Positions 54,886 to 64,000 of a stretch of 64,000 nt of DNA are shown in pieces. Origin of the DNA: Gemmatimonadales bacterium (GTDB lineage: Bacteria; Gemmatimonadota; Gemmatimonadetes; Gemmatimonadales; GWC2-71-9); assembly GCA_037045245.1 (NCBI GenBank), contig JBAOHR010000004.1, positions 751 to 64,750 on the forward strand. Direction: 5' to 3'. The notes under the pieces are model-generated. The model was not told the DNA's origin. It did no database searches and saw nothing but the letters and a program-made list of their open reading frames with translations. Both the position numbers and the translations under genes were made by a program. Positions within the stretch are counted from its first letter, which is position 1; every line of letters starts with the position of its first letter.

Positions 54886-55352
54886 AATGCTGAATGCTAA
54901 ATGCTGAATTTCGCGCCACGGCGCGGAAACGTAGGACTGCTGGGCCCAATGCTAAATGCTAAATGATCCGTAAGATCAACAGAAAAATGGGTTTTCTTGG
55001 CCTCTTCCACATGTCCACCTGTTCTTTCTTTGTTATTCAGCATCTCCGGATCTAGCATTCAGCATTTGCCGCCTTAGCGGGACTGCGTTTGCGCAACAAC
55101 GCACTGCCGCTTCTGGTCAAAGGCCACGCTTTTCACATTCTTTCCCCGTCCGTCCCCGTCATTCAGCATTCCGCATTCAGGATTAAGCATTTGCCGCCTT
55201 AGCGGGACTGCGTTTGCGCAACAACGCACTGCCGCTTCTCGTGGCCAAAGGCCACGCTTTTCACATTCTTTCCCCTGTCCGTCCCCGTCATTCAGCATTC
55301 CGCATTCAGCATTCAGCATTTGCCGCTCAAGCGGCACTGCATTCAGCATTTG
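54886..55352. repeat. AATGCTG/A heptamer runs, their inverted copies, and a ~125-129 bp tandem duplication
   Basis: The unit starting AGCATTTGCCGC recurs at 55061, 55186 and (partial) 55315. Confidence 0.85.
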
Positions 55353-55385
55353 AACGCTGCGGCGTTCAGAAGGGGGGGAGATCAC

Positions 55386-56430
55386 ATGCAAAATAAACCA
55401 GGCAGCCGGTTCTCCTCTTTATCCCGCCGCCGCCAATGGCTGCTCATCATCATCATTGTGGCGCTGGCTGCTGCGCTGCTGGCGGGGCTGTATATGCTGG
55501 CGCAGCACTTTGAACGCGCCGCGCTTGTGGCGGAGGAGCCCAAGGGCAATCTGGAAGGGCGCTTTGAAACGCCGCTGCGCGTGGAGTACGGCGGCAAGAC
55601 TTACGAACAGAAGCAGCGGCTCACCACCATCCTTTTGATGGGCATTGATAAAGGGGGCGGAGCGGGATACGGCCTCCAGCGGCTTGCGCGATGGCGGCCA
55701 GGCCGACTTTCTGGCCCTGATGATCATCGACAGCCTGGGGAAGACCGTCTCCTCCATCCACATTGATCGCGACACCATGGCTGAGATCACCACCCTTGGC
55801 ATCTTCGGCAATGTGTCGGCAAAGCCGCCGCGCGCAGATCAGCCTGCAGCATGGCTTCGGCGATGGGGGCGAGCAAAGCGCGCGCCTCACGGCCGACGCG
55901 GTGAGCAAGCTGTTTGGCGGGATGCCGGTGGATTTTTACATCGCGCTGGATATGGATGCCATTTCCACACTCAATGACGCCCTGGGCGGCGTGGAAGTGA
56001 AGGTTGAGGATGACTTTTCTGCCCTTGACCCGGCCATGGCACAGGGCAGCACCATACGCCTGACAGGCACCAGCAGGCGGAGTACTTTGTCAGAAGCAGA
56101 ATGCAGGTGGGCGATGGCTCAAACGCTTCCCGCATGATACGCCAGCGCCAATTCCTCAGCGCGGCGGGTGACCTGCTGGCCCGTAAGCTCAAGGAGAGCG
56201 CCGCTTTTGCCGATACCCTGCTAAACGCCCTGGCAGCTCTCCATGCGCACGGATATGCGCCGCGGGCGGCTGATCAATGAAATCAACGCGGCAAGCGGCT
56301 ACGAGCGCGCCCCCATGCAAAGCCTGAGGGGTGAACATGCTTGTGGCCCAGGACGGCTTTGTGGAGTTTATTGCCGATCAGGGCGCTCGACCAGCTGGTG
56401 CTAACTCTTTTCTTCAGGGAGGTGGAATAA
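55386..56430 (+). CDS. LCP (LytR-CpsA-Psr) family protein, several frameshifts
   Basis: N-terminal TM, TILLMGID, GQADFL, IDRDTM, LNDALGGVEV, RMIRQR across frames. Confidence 0.82.
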
Positions 56431-56439
56431 AATTAGCTG

Positions 56440-56468
56440 TTGCCAAACCGCCTGGAAGTGGGTATTAT
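56440..56468 (+). promoter_or_regulatory. SigmaA/70 promoter
   Basis: TTGCCA-N17-TATTAT, followed by a GGAGG RBS. Confidence 0.65.
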
Positions 56469-56518
56469 ATGGTTGAGTCTTTCTATTGATTGCTTTAAAG
56501 TGTATGGAGGTACTTGTT

Positions 56519-57075
56519 ATGAAAAAGCTGCTTGGTATCATGTTGGCGTTGACATTAATGTTTGCAATAGGCGCAGCAAATGCAACGCCCAGTAAGACCG
56601 CGTCAGATCTGACGCAAATCGGCGATACAAACCTTCCTGGCGTGGTCGTGTATGTTACCACCAGCCAAGCAAGTGTTGATGCCGCCGCCGCTGTTGTGAC
56701 GGATATTGCCGCAAAGGTCGCCGCAGGCGTGACTGCCGCCGGGTTCTTTGGTGAGGCACTTCAGGCCGATATCGCCGCCGCCTTCCCCGCGGGCAAAGAT
56801 CTCGCGACGCTCGTAGCTAATGAGCTGGCCCCCCTGTGATCAGCGGCGATGCCGCCGGCATGGGTGATGTGATCGCGCCCTTCCAGTTTGCCACTGTCTA
56901 TCAGGCAGGCCAGGCTATTGTGCCTGTACTGGGATTCGTCGGTGCTGATGGCGTTGTTGAGTGGCATGTTCTGCAAGCCGAAGTGGTTGCAGGCGGTATC
57001 GTCAACATCACCTTCCCCGCGGATCTTGCCCTGCGCATGATGAGCGAAATCACCGTCCTGGCTATCCTCAACTAA
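56519..57075 (+). CDS. Secreted hypothetical protein, frameshift near 56835
   Basis: MKKLLGIMLALTLMF signal peptide; two abutting ORFs with continuous composition. Confidence 0.65.
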
Positions 57076-57095
57076 TCTCTTTCCTGTGATATGAG

Positions 57096-57140
57096 AATGC
57101 CCGGCGGTGAAGCCAAACTTAGCTCCGCCGGACATTTTTA
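57096..57140 (+). terminator. Intrinsic terminator
   Basis: ATGCCCGGCGG...CCGCCGGACAT followed by TTTT. Confidence 0.55.
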
Positions 57141-57211
57141 ATCGAGGCAATAGCAAAAAGCTGGTTTGCGCCAGCGCAAAGTGCCTGCTTCGCAGGCGCG
57201 AAGAGGCTGCA

Positions 57212-58290
57212 AAGCAGCCGCCAGTCCGCTGGCAGGCGCGCGCCGGCAACTCGCCCTGGCGCTGCAGCGCGCCGCAGGACTGCCAGTCCGTGCCCTCGTG
57301 CAGCAGGGCCCGGGCGTGGGCCAGCGTGAGGCGCACGCCCGCGCGCGTCAGGCGCGACAGCGGGGCGTCGTCCACCGACACGTGGGGCGCCATCAGGCCC
57401 ACGGGCAGGGCCGAAGCACCCGCTGCGGGGGCGCCGGCGGCATCCAGAACCTGCACCGCCGTGCCGCGCAGGGCCAGTGCCTGCGCCACGGCCGCGCCAG
57501 CCAGGCCGGCGCCGAGCACCACCGCATGCGACGGCGTGCCCCGGCCAGAGCGCGCGGAGGTGTTGGCTGGGTGTCGATGCGGGTCTTGGGCGTCCAGGCC
57601 GGGTCGTAGCGGCCTTGCAGGCAATCGCGCTTTGGCGGCAGTCCGGGCGCCTTGTGCACCACGAATCCGGCTTCGGCCAGGGCATCGCGCACCTCGCGCG
57701 CGATCGTCCAGGTGGCCACGCGCGCGCCGCGCGCGCAATGGCGGGCCACGCCTTTCAGCGTCGAGGGCTGCCACATCACCGGGTTGCACGCCGGGCTGAA
57801 GCCGTCCAGGAACACGGCGTCGGCCGTGGCCACCAAATCGCGCAGCATGGGCTGCACATCGCCCACGGCCAGCGTGAGCTGCACCCGTCCGCCCTCGAAC
57901 ATGCAGCCGGTGCACGCCGGGGAGCAGCCCCCACCAGCCTGTCGGCCAGGGTGCGCGCCAGCTCGGCCAGTTCGGGCCAGTCGGCGGCGCTGCGCAACAC
58001 GTCCGCCGCAGACACCGGGTGCGCCTCCACCGAGACAAAGTGGAGCAGCCCGGCGCGTTGCGGATCCGCCCGCCAGGCCTGCCAGGCGGCCAGAAAGTTC
58101 AGGCCCAGGCCGAAGCCGGTTTCCAGGATGGTGAAGGAGGGGGGCGTCCCTGCCAGGCGCCGGGCAGGCCGCAGCTGTCCAGAAACACATGGCGGGCCTG
58201 GGCCAGGCCACCCGCGCAGGAGCGGTAGATGTCGTCGAACCGGGCGCTGCGCGGCGTGCCGTCGGCCTGCCATTCGACGGGTTCGCTCAT
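57212..58290 (-). CDS. mnmC: Bifunctional tRNA mnm5s2U biosynthesis protein, 3' truncated and frameshifted
   Basis: [46 protein letters not shown]. Confidence 0.9.
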
Positions 58291-58310
58291 GGGGCAGCGC
58301 CGGCTGGCGC

Positions 58311-58582
58311 TCAGGCGGCCGGTGGCACGTAACCGGGGCGGCGTCGGCGCCGGCGCCGAAGAAGTGGTTTTCCATCTGGCGCTTGAGGTACTCGCGGGCG
58401 CGTTGGTCGGCCAGGTTCAGGCGGTTCTCGTTGACCAGCATCGTCTGGTGCTTGAGCCAGCCGGCCCAGGCCTCCTTGCTCACGCTCTCCCAGATGCGCT
58501 TGCCCAGTTCGCCCGGGTAGGGCGGGAAGTCGAGGCCCTCGGCTTCATGGCCGAGCTTGATGCAGTTGACGGTACGAGCCAT
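58311..58582 (-). CDS. yggX: Fe(II)-trafficking / oxidative damage protection protein, indel near 3' end
   Basis: [49 protein letters not shown]. Confidence 0.93.
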
Positions 58583-58663
58583 GGGTCACCTTGGGTATGT
58601 TTTGGGGTACTTGAATTGGCAAAAGCCTTCGCCGCGACTCTATCAAGATTCCCCAGCCCCTCC

Positions 58664-58715
58664 CGTCATCCCCGCTGAAGAGCCTGCCCCCGCGAAGGCG
58701 GGGGCAGGGATCCAG
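58664..58715. repeat. REP-like palindrome
   Basis: CGTCATCCCCGC...CCTGCCCCCGC-GAAG-GCGGGGGCAGG-GATCCAG. Confidence 0.6.
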
Positions 58716-58751
58716 TCGCAATGGCGGAACAGACGGCCCCAAGTCTCGTTT

Positions 58752-58812
58752 TTAGACAAAATCGGCCTCCAGCCCCCGCCAATGCTTGCTGACCCACTAT
58801 CAAAACGATAGC
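58752..58812 (-). repeat. About 60-bp dispersed repeat, intergenic copy
   Basis: GCTATC..GGGTCAGC..GGGCTGGAGGCCGATTTT; homologous to 63465-63520. Confidence 0.7.
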
Positions 58813-58827
58813 GAGTCAGAGGCGGGA

Positions 58828-59483
58828 TCAGGCCGCCACTGTCACCTGCGGCTGGTTCGCCGCCACGCTGTTGAGCGCCAAAATCTCGGCTTCAGCCGTC
58901 GCAATGGCCTGCGCCCTGGCCGCGTCGCCCATGGCCACGCCTTCGGCGCGCACGAAGCGCACGTCGGTCACGCCAAAGAAGCCGAACACCGTCTTGCAGG
59001 TAGCTCTCCTGGTGCTCCATGGCGTTGCCGGCGTCGCTGGTGGAATACACCCCGCCGCGGCGTGGACGCGACGATCACCGTCTTGCCGCCGGCCAGGCCC
59101 ACCGGGCCCTTGTCGGTGTACTTGAAGGTGCGGCCCACCTGGGCCATCCGGTCGATCCAGGCCTTGAGCTGGCTGGGGATCGAGAAGTTGTACAGCGGCG
59201 CGCCGACCACCACCACATCGGCCGCCAGGAACTGGCTGACCAGGCGCTCGGACACGGCGTTCTCGCGGCGTTGCAGCGTCGCTGAGGCTCCGGTGCCGGC
59301 CGGAGCCCGGAAGCCCAGAGAGTCTGCCGACAGGTGGCTGGGCGCGTCCGCGGCCAGGTCCAGATAGTCCACCTGCGGTGCCGGGGTGGGTGGCGCGCCA
59401 CTGCGCGGCAATGCGCTGCGGTGAGCTGGCGCGAGACCGAATTGGCCGCCGAGGATGCTGGAATCAATGTGAAGCAGTTTCAT
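58828..59483 (-). CDS. azoR: FMN-dependent NADH azoreductase, frameshifted
   Basis: [37 protein letters not shown]. Confidence 0.9.
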
Positions 59484-59578
59484 GACAATCTCCTGTGACG
59501 GATATACCGCTGGTCGCGGCGATGGATGTAGTGTGGAGTCGGATCGAATCCTTGATAAGCACGGCAAAATCGGATTAG

Positions 59579-59600
59579 ATTGTTCCACTGGCAGGACAAT
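59579..59600. promoter_or_regulatory. Candidate LysR recognition palindrome
   Basis: ATTGTTCC-N7-GGACAAT between divergent azoR and lysR. Confidence 0.5.
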
Positions 59601-59622
59601 TAACGCATCACAACGAGCCGCC

Positions 59623-60553
59623 ATGCAAGACCTCAACGACCTGCTTTACTTTGCCGAGGTGGTGGACCGGGGTGGCTTTGCCGCCGCCGGGCGGGCGCTG
59701 GGCATCCCCAAATCGCGGCTGTCGCGCCGGGTGGCCGAGCTGGAAGACGCGCCTGGGCGTGCGGCTGCTGCAGCGCACCACCCGCAAGCTGTCGCTGACC
59801 GAGGCCGGCGAGCGCTACCACCGCCACTGCGCTGGCCATGCGCGAGCAGGCCGAGGCGGCCGACGATGCGGTGGCCCAGGTGCAGGCCGAGCCCCGCGGC
59901 ACCGTCGCGCGTGGCCTGCCCGGTGACGCTGGCGCAGACCACGCTGGGGCCGCTGCTGCCGCTGTTCCTGGCCGCGCCACCCCCAGGTGCGGGTGGACAT
60001 GCGGGTCAGCAACCGGGTGGTGGATCTGGTGGAAGAGGGCGTGGACGTGGCACTGCGCGTGCGGCCCACGCTGGAGGACAGCGGCAGCCTGGTCGTCAAG
60101 AACCTGGGCCTGACGCAGACCCTGCTGGTGGGCAGCCCGGCGCAACTGGCCCGCCAGGGCCGGCCGGCGCGCGTGGAAGACCTGGCCCGGCTGGACACGG
60201 TCAGCCATGTCGGCCGCGGACGGCCGCACCAGCTGGACGCTGCTGGGGCCGGACGAGCGCGAGCCACACCCTGCACCACCAGCCGCGCTACGTGGCCGAC
60301 GACCTGCTGACGCTGAAGATGGCCGTGGTGCGCGGCACCGGCATCTGCGCGCTGCCGGACTACATGTGCCGCGACGAGCTGCTGGACCGGCCGGCTGGTG
60401 GAGGTGCTGCCCGGCTGGGCGCCGCTGCCCGGGCATCTTCCATGCGGTGTTCGCCGTCGCGGCGCGGGCTGGTGCCGGCGGTGCGGCGGCTTTCTGGACT
60501 TTCTGGCCGATCACATCGTGGCCGAAGGGCGGGTGAGCAAGGCGGCGGGTTGA
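59623..60553 (+). CDS. LysR family transcriptional regulator, frameshifted
   Basis: [57 protein letters not shown]. Confidence 0.92.
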
Positions 60554-60673
60554 TTTCTCCCCAAAAAACTGTGTTTCCTCATCTGAATTGATGAGGCGTT
60601 AGTACCCCGCTTTCGCGTATAGTCGCGCGCAATCAGTACAAAACGTTACAGATTCAGTCAAAAGGGGAATTCC

Positions 60674-62974
60674 ATGGGCGTCGAGGCGTCGGTGCGGGCA
60701 GAGGGGCCTGTACCCGACCAGCAGCGGGGGGAGCCACTCCAGCCAGTACCAGCGGCCGTCGATGCGTCGCTGGCTGCGCTGTGCGCCATTGCACGCCTGC
60801 ACCACGTCAGCGCCGACGCCGCCACACTGGCCCACCAGCTGGGCCTGGCGCCCAGCCAGACCGCCGACCGCCTGACGACCTGCTGCGCGCCGCCCACCAC
60901 CTGGGCCTGAAGGCCAAACGTCAGCACACCACCCTCGACCGCCTGAGCCTGACGCCATTGCCCGCGCTGGCCGGCTGATGCGCACGCGGCACGACGGCAC
61001 GCCCCGCGCATCGTCATCCTGGCCCAGTGCGACGGCCAACGCGTGCTGTTGCAAGACCCCGGCGCACCGTGGCGCGCCGGTGACGAGCCGGCCCCAGCCA
61101 TCGAACCGGTAGAGGTCTTTGCCGCGCAGTGGACGGGGCGAACTGATCCTCATCACCAGCCGGGCCAGCCTGGCCGGTGACCTGGCCCAGTTTGACTTCT
61201 CGTGGTTCATCCCCAGCCTGGTCAAGTACCGCAAGCTGCTGGGCGAGGTGCTGCTGATCAGCTTCATGCTGCAACTGTTTGGCCTGGTCAGCCCGCTGTT
61301 CTTCCAGGTGGTGATGGACAAGGTGCTGGTGCACCGGGGCCTGACCACGCTGGACGTGCTGGTCATCGGCCTGGTGGTGGTGGTGGTGTTCGAGAGCGTG
61401 CTCAACGCCCTGCGCGCCTACGTGTTCAGCCACACCACCAGCCGCATCGACGTGGAGCTGGGCGCGCGGCTGTTTCGCCACCTGGTGCAGCCTTGCCGCT
61501 GGCCTACTTCCAGGCGCGCCGCGTGGGCGACTCGGTGGCCCGCGTGCGCGAGCTGGAAAACATCCGCAGCTTCCTGACCGGCAACGCCCTGACCGTGGTG
61601 CTGGACGTGTTCTTCTCGATCGTCTTCATCGCGGTCATGCTGTTCTACAGCGTGCCGCTGACCCTGATCGTGCTGGTCAGCCTGCCGCTGTACTTTGGCC
61701 TGAGCCTGGCCGTGGTGCCCGATCCTGCGCCGCGCGGCTGGACGTCAAGTTCGCCCGTGGCGCAGAGAACCAGGCCATGCTGGTGGAAACGGTCACCGGC
61801 ATCCAGACCGTCAAGGCCAGCGCGCTGGAGCCCGCCTTTGGCCAGCCGCTGGGACAACCAGCTGGCCGCCTACGTGGCCGCCAGCTTCAAAACCCAGAAC
61901 CTGGCCACCGTGGGCCCACGAAGGCGTCAACCTGATTGGCAAGCTGGTCAACGCCGCCACCCTTTGGTACGGCGCCCACCTGGTGATGAACAACGAACTC
62001 ACCGTGGGCCAGTTCGTGGCCTTCAACATGTTTGCCCAGCGCGTGAGCCCAGCCCATCATGCGCATGGCCCAGCTGTGGACGGATTTCCAGCAAACCGGC
62101 ATCTCGGTGGCGCGCCTGGGCGACATCCTCAACACCCGCACCGAAGTGCCGCCCACCAGCGCCGCGCAACTGCCCCCGCTCAAAGGCCGCATCACGCTGG
62201 ACCAGGTGACCTTTCGCTACCGGCCCGAGGCCGCGCCCGTGCTGCAACGGCATCAGCCTGGACGTCAAAGCCCGGCGAAGTGCATCGGCATCGTGGGCCG
62301 CTCCGGCTCCGGCAAAAGCACCCTGACCAAGCTGGTGCAGCGCCTGTACAGCCCCGAGGGTGGCCGCGTGCTGGTGGACGGCATCGACATCAGCCTGATC
62401 GACGCCGCCCAGCTGCGCCGCCAGGTGGGCGTGGTGCTGCAAGAAAACCTGCTGTTCAACCGCAGCGTGCGCGAGAACATCGCCATCACCGACCCGGCCG
62501 CCCCCATTGAAGCCGTGATGCGCGTGGCCCAACTGGCCGGCGCGCACGAGTTCATCAGCGAACTGCCCGAGGGCTACGACACCATGGTGGGCGAGCAGGG
62601 CGGCATCCTTGTCGCGGCGGCCAGCGCCAGCGCATGGCCATTGCGCGGGCCCTGTTCACCAACCCGCGCATCCTGATCCTGGACGAAGCCACCAGCGCGC
62701 TGGACTACGAGAGCGAAGCCATCATCCAGCGCAACATGGCCCACATCTGCAAGGGCCGCACCGTGCTCATCATTGCGCACCGCCTGAGCGCCGTGCGCAA
62801 CGCCCACCGCATCGTCGTCATGGACAAGGGCCAGCATCGTGGAGGCCGGCCCGCACGACGCGCTGGTGCAAGAGCCCAGCGGCCTGTATGCCCACCTGTG
62901 GCGCATGCAGGATGGCGGACGCAGCCGCACCGGAGCCCGCCCCGGCCACACCCCCAGCCCGACCGCCACATCGA
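60674..62974 (+). CDS. Type I secretion ABC transporter (HlyB family), many frameshifts; boundaries approximate
   Basis: [61 protein letters not shown]. Confidence 0.9.
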
Positions 62975-64000
62975 CAGCAGCGCCACCCACCCGCGCACCC
63001 GGTGGAGCTGCTGGCCCGCTACCGCGCCGTCTTCGGCGCCGCCTGGGCGCACCGCGCACGAGCTGGCCGGCCCGCGCCGCCTGGCCGACGAGGCGGCCTT
63101 TCTGCCCGCCGCCCTGAGCCTGCAGGAAACCCCCGTGCACCCCGCACCGCGCCGCCTGGCCTGGGCGCTGATGGCCCTGTTTGCGCATGGCGCTGGCCTG
63201 GGTCCATCCTGGGCCAGGTGGACATCGTGGCGGTGGCGCCGCGGGCGCATCGTCGTGAGCGACCGCACCAAGCTCATCCAGCCGCTGGAGCGCAGCGTGG
63301 TCAAAGCGCGTGCTGGTGCAAAGACGGCGACCGGGTGCAGGCCGGGCCAGCCGCTGGTGGAGCTGGACCCCACCAGTGCCACCGCCGACAAAGCCAGCGT
63401 GGACGAAGCAGCTGCCGCGCCGCCGAAGTCGAATGGCTGCGCAGCGCATGCCCTGCTGCGATCTGCTATCAAATCAGGAGCGGGTCAGCGCAGGCTGCAA
63501 GCGGGCTAGAGGCCAATTTTTCGCATGAAACGGCCCGATGGACCGCCGCCACGCCGGCGCCCAGCTGCGAGGCCGAGTGGGCCGACATCACCGCGCGGCT
63601 GGCCAAGCTGGCCGCCGAAGCCGCGCGCCGCCAGGCCGAGAGTGGCCACCGCCCGCGAGACTGCTGGCCAAGCTGGAGGCCACCGTGCCCCTGGCCGCGC
63701 CAGCGCGAGGAAGACTTCAACAAGCTCGGCCGACGCAGGGCTTCGTGGCCGGCCACGCGGGGCAGGACCGCACCCGCGAGCGCATCGAGCTGGAGCGCGA
63801 CCTGGCCACCCAGCGCGCCCGCCTGGCCGAAGCCCAGGCCGCGCTGCAGGAGAGCGAGCAACACCCGCGCCGCCTACCTGGCCGAGACGCGCCGCGCCCT
63901 GCACGAGCGCCAGGCCCAGGCCCAGCTGAAGCGCCAGCAGGCCACGCAAGAGCAGGCCAAGGCCGAGCCACCGCGAAAAGCTCACCACCCTGGCCGCGCC
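62970..64000 (+). CDS. HlyD family type I secretion adaptor, frameshifted, 3' truncated
   Basis: [39 protein letters not shown], coiled coil. Confidence 0.85.
63465..63531 (+). repeat. Second copy of the ~60-bp repeat, inside hlyD
   Basis: GCTATCAAATCAGGAGCGGGTCAGC...GGGCTAGAGGCCAATTTT. Confidence 0.7.

Noticed and set aside
55061..55330. Possible CRISPR array
   Set aside because: The units are ~125-bp near-identical tandem copies with no unique spacers, and no cas genes are present.
53918..57210. Low-GC genomic island inserted in the host
   Set aside because: No integrase, tRNA or direct repeats are present, and the left and right flanks belong to different organisms.
57212..64000. Pseudogene cluster or programmed frameshifting in the last segment
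   Set aside because: Every gene is hit uniformly while motifs stay intact and no slippery sites recur, which is typical of uncorrected long-read error.

Overview
The window looks like a composite of four unrelated bacterial fragments, with apparent joins near 4978, 53918 and 57210 where genes are cut mid-frame and base composition shifts. Indel-type errors are frequent in places. (1) 1-~4978: DUF2126 transglutaminase, circularly permuted ATP-grasp+alpha-E and transglutaminase operon. (2) ~4978-~53918: very GC-rich, Gemmatimonadota-like by inference. It carries housekeeping genes (uvrA, recF-dciA-gyrB, ligA, glpK, ccmEFH, pgm, pheA-aroH), a sigma54-type PEP-CTERM gene, a probable 6S RNA, a Phe-rich leader-peptide attenuator and four heptamer-built palindromes. 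Its most notable locus is an envelope-stress cluster in which five tandem paralogous PspB-like small membrane proteins precede a CesT/YbjN-like gene, pspA and a DUF1611 gene, behind an ECF(sigmaW)-type promoter. (3) ~53918-~57210: lower GC, Clostridia-like, with a LoaP/NusG paralog, a repeat block, an LCP gene and a secreted protein. (4) ~57210-64000: Comamonadaceae-like and frameshift-ridden, with mnmC, yggX, azoR, LysR and type I secretion hlyB/hlyD. No rRNA, tRNA, CRISPR array or transposase was seen. All family calls come from motif recognition by eye, not database searches.
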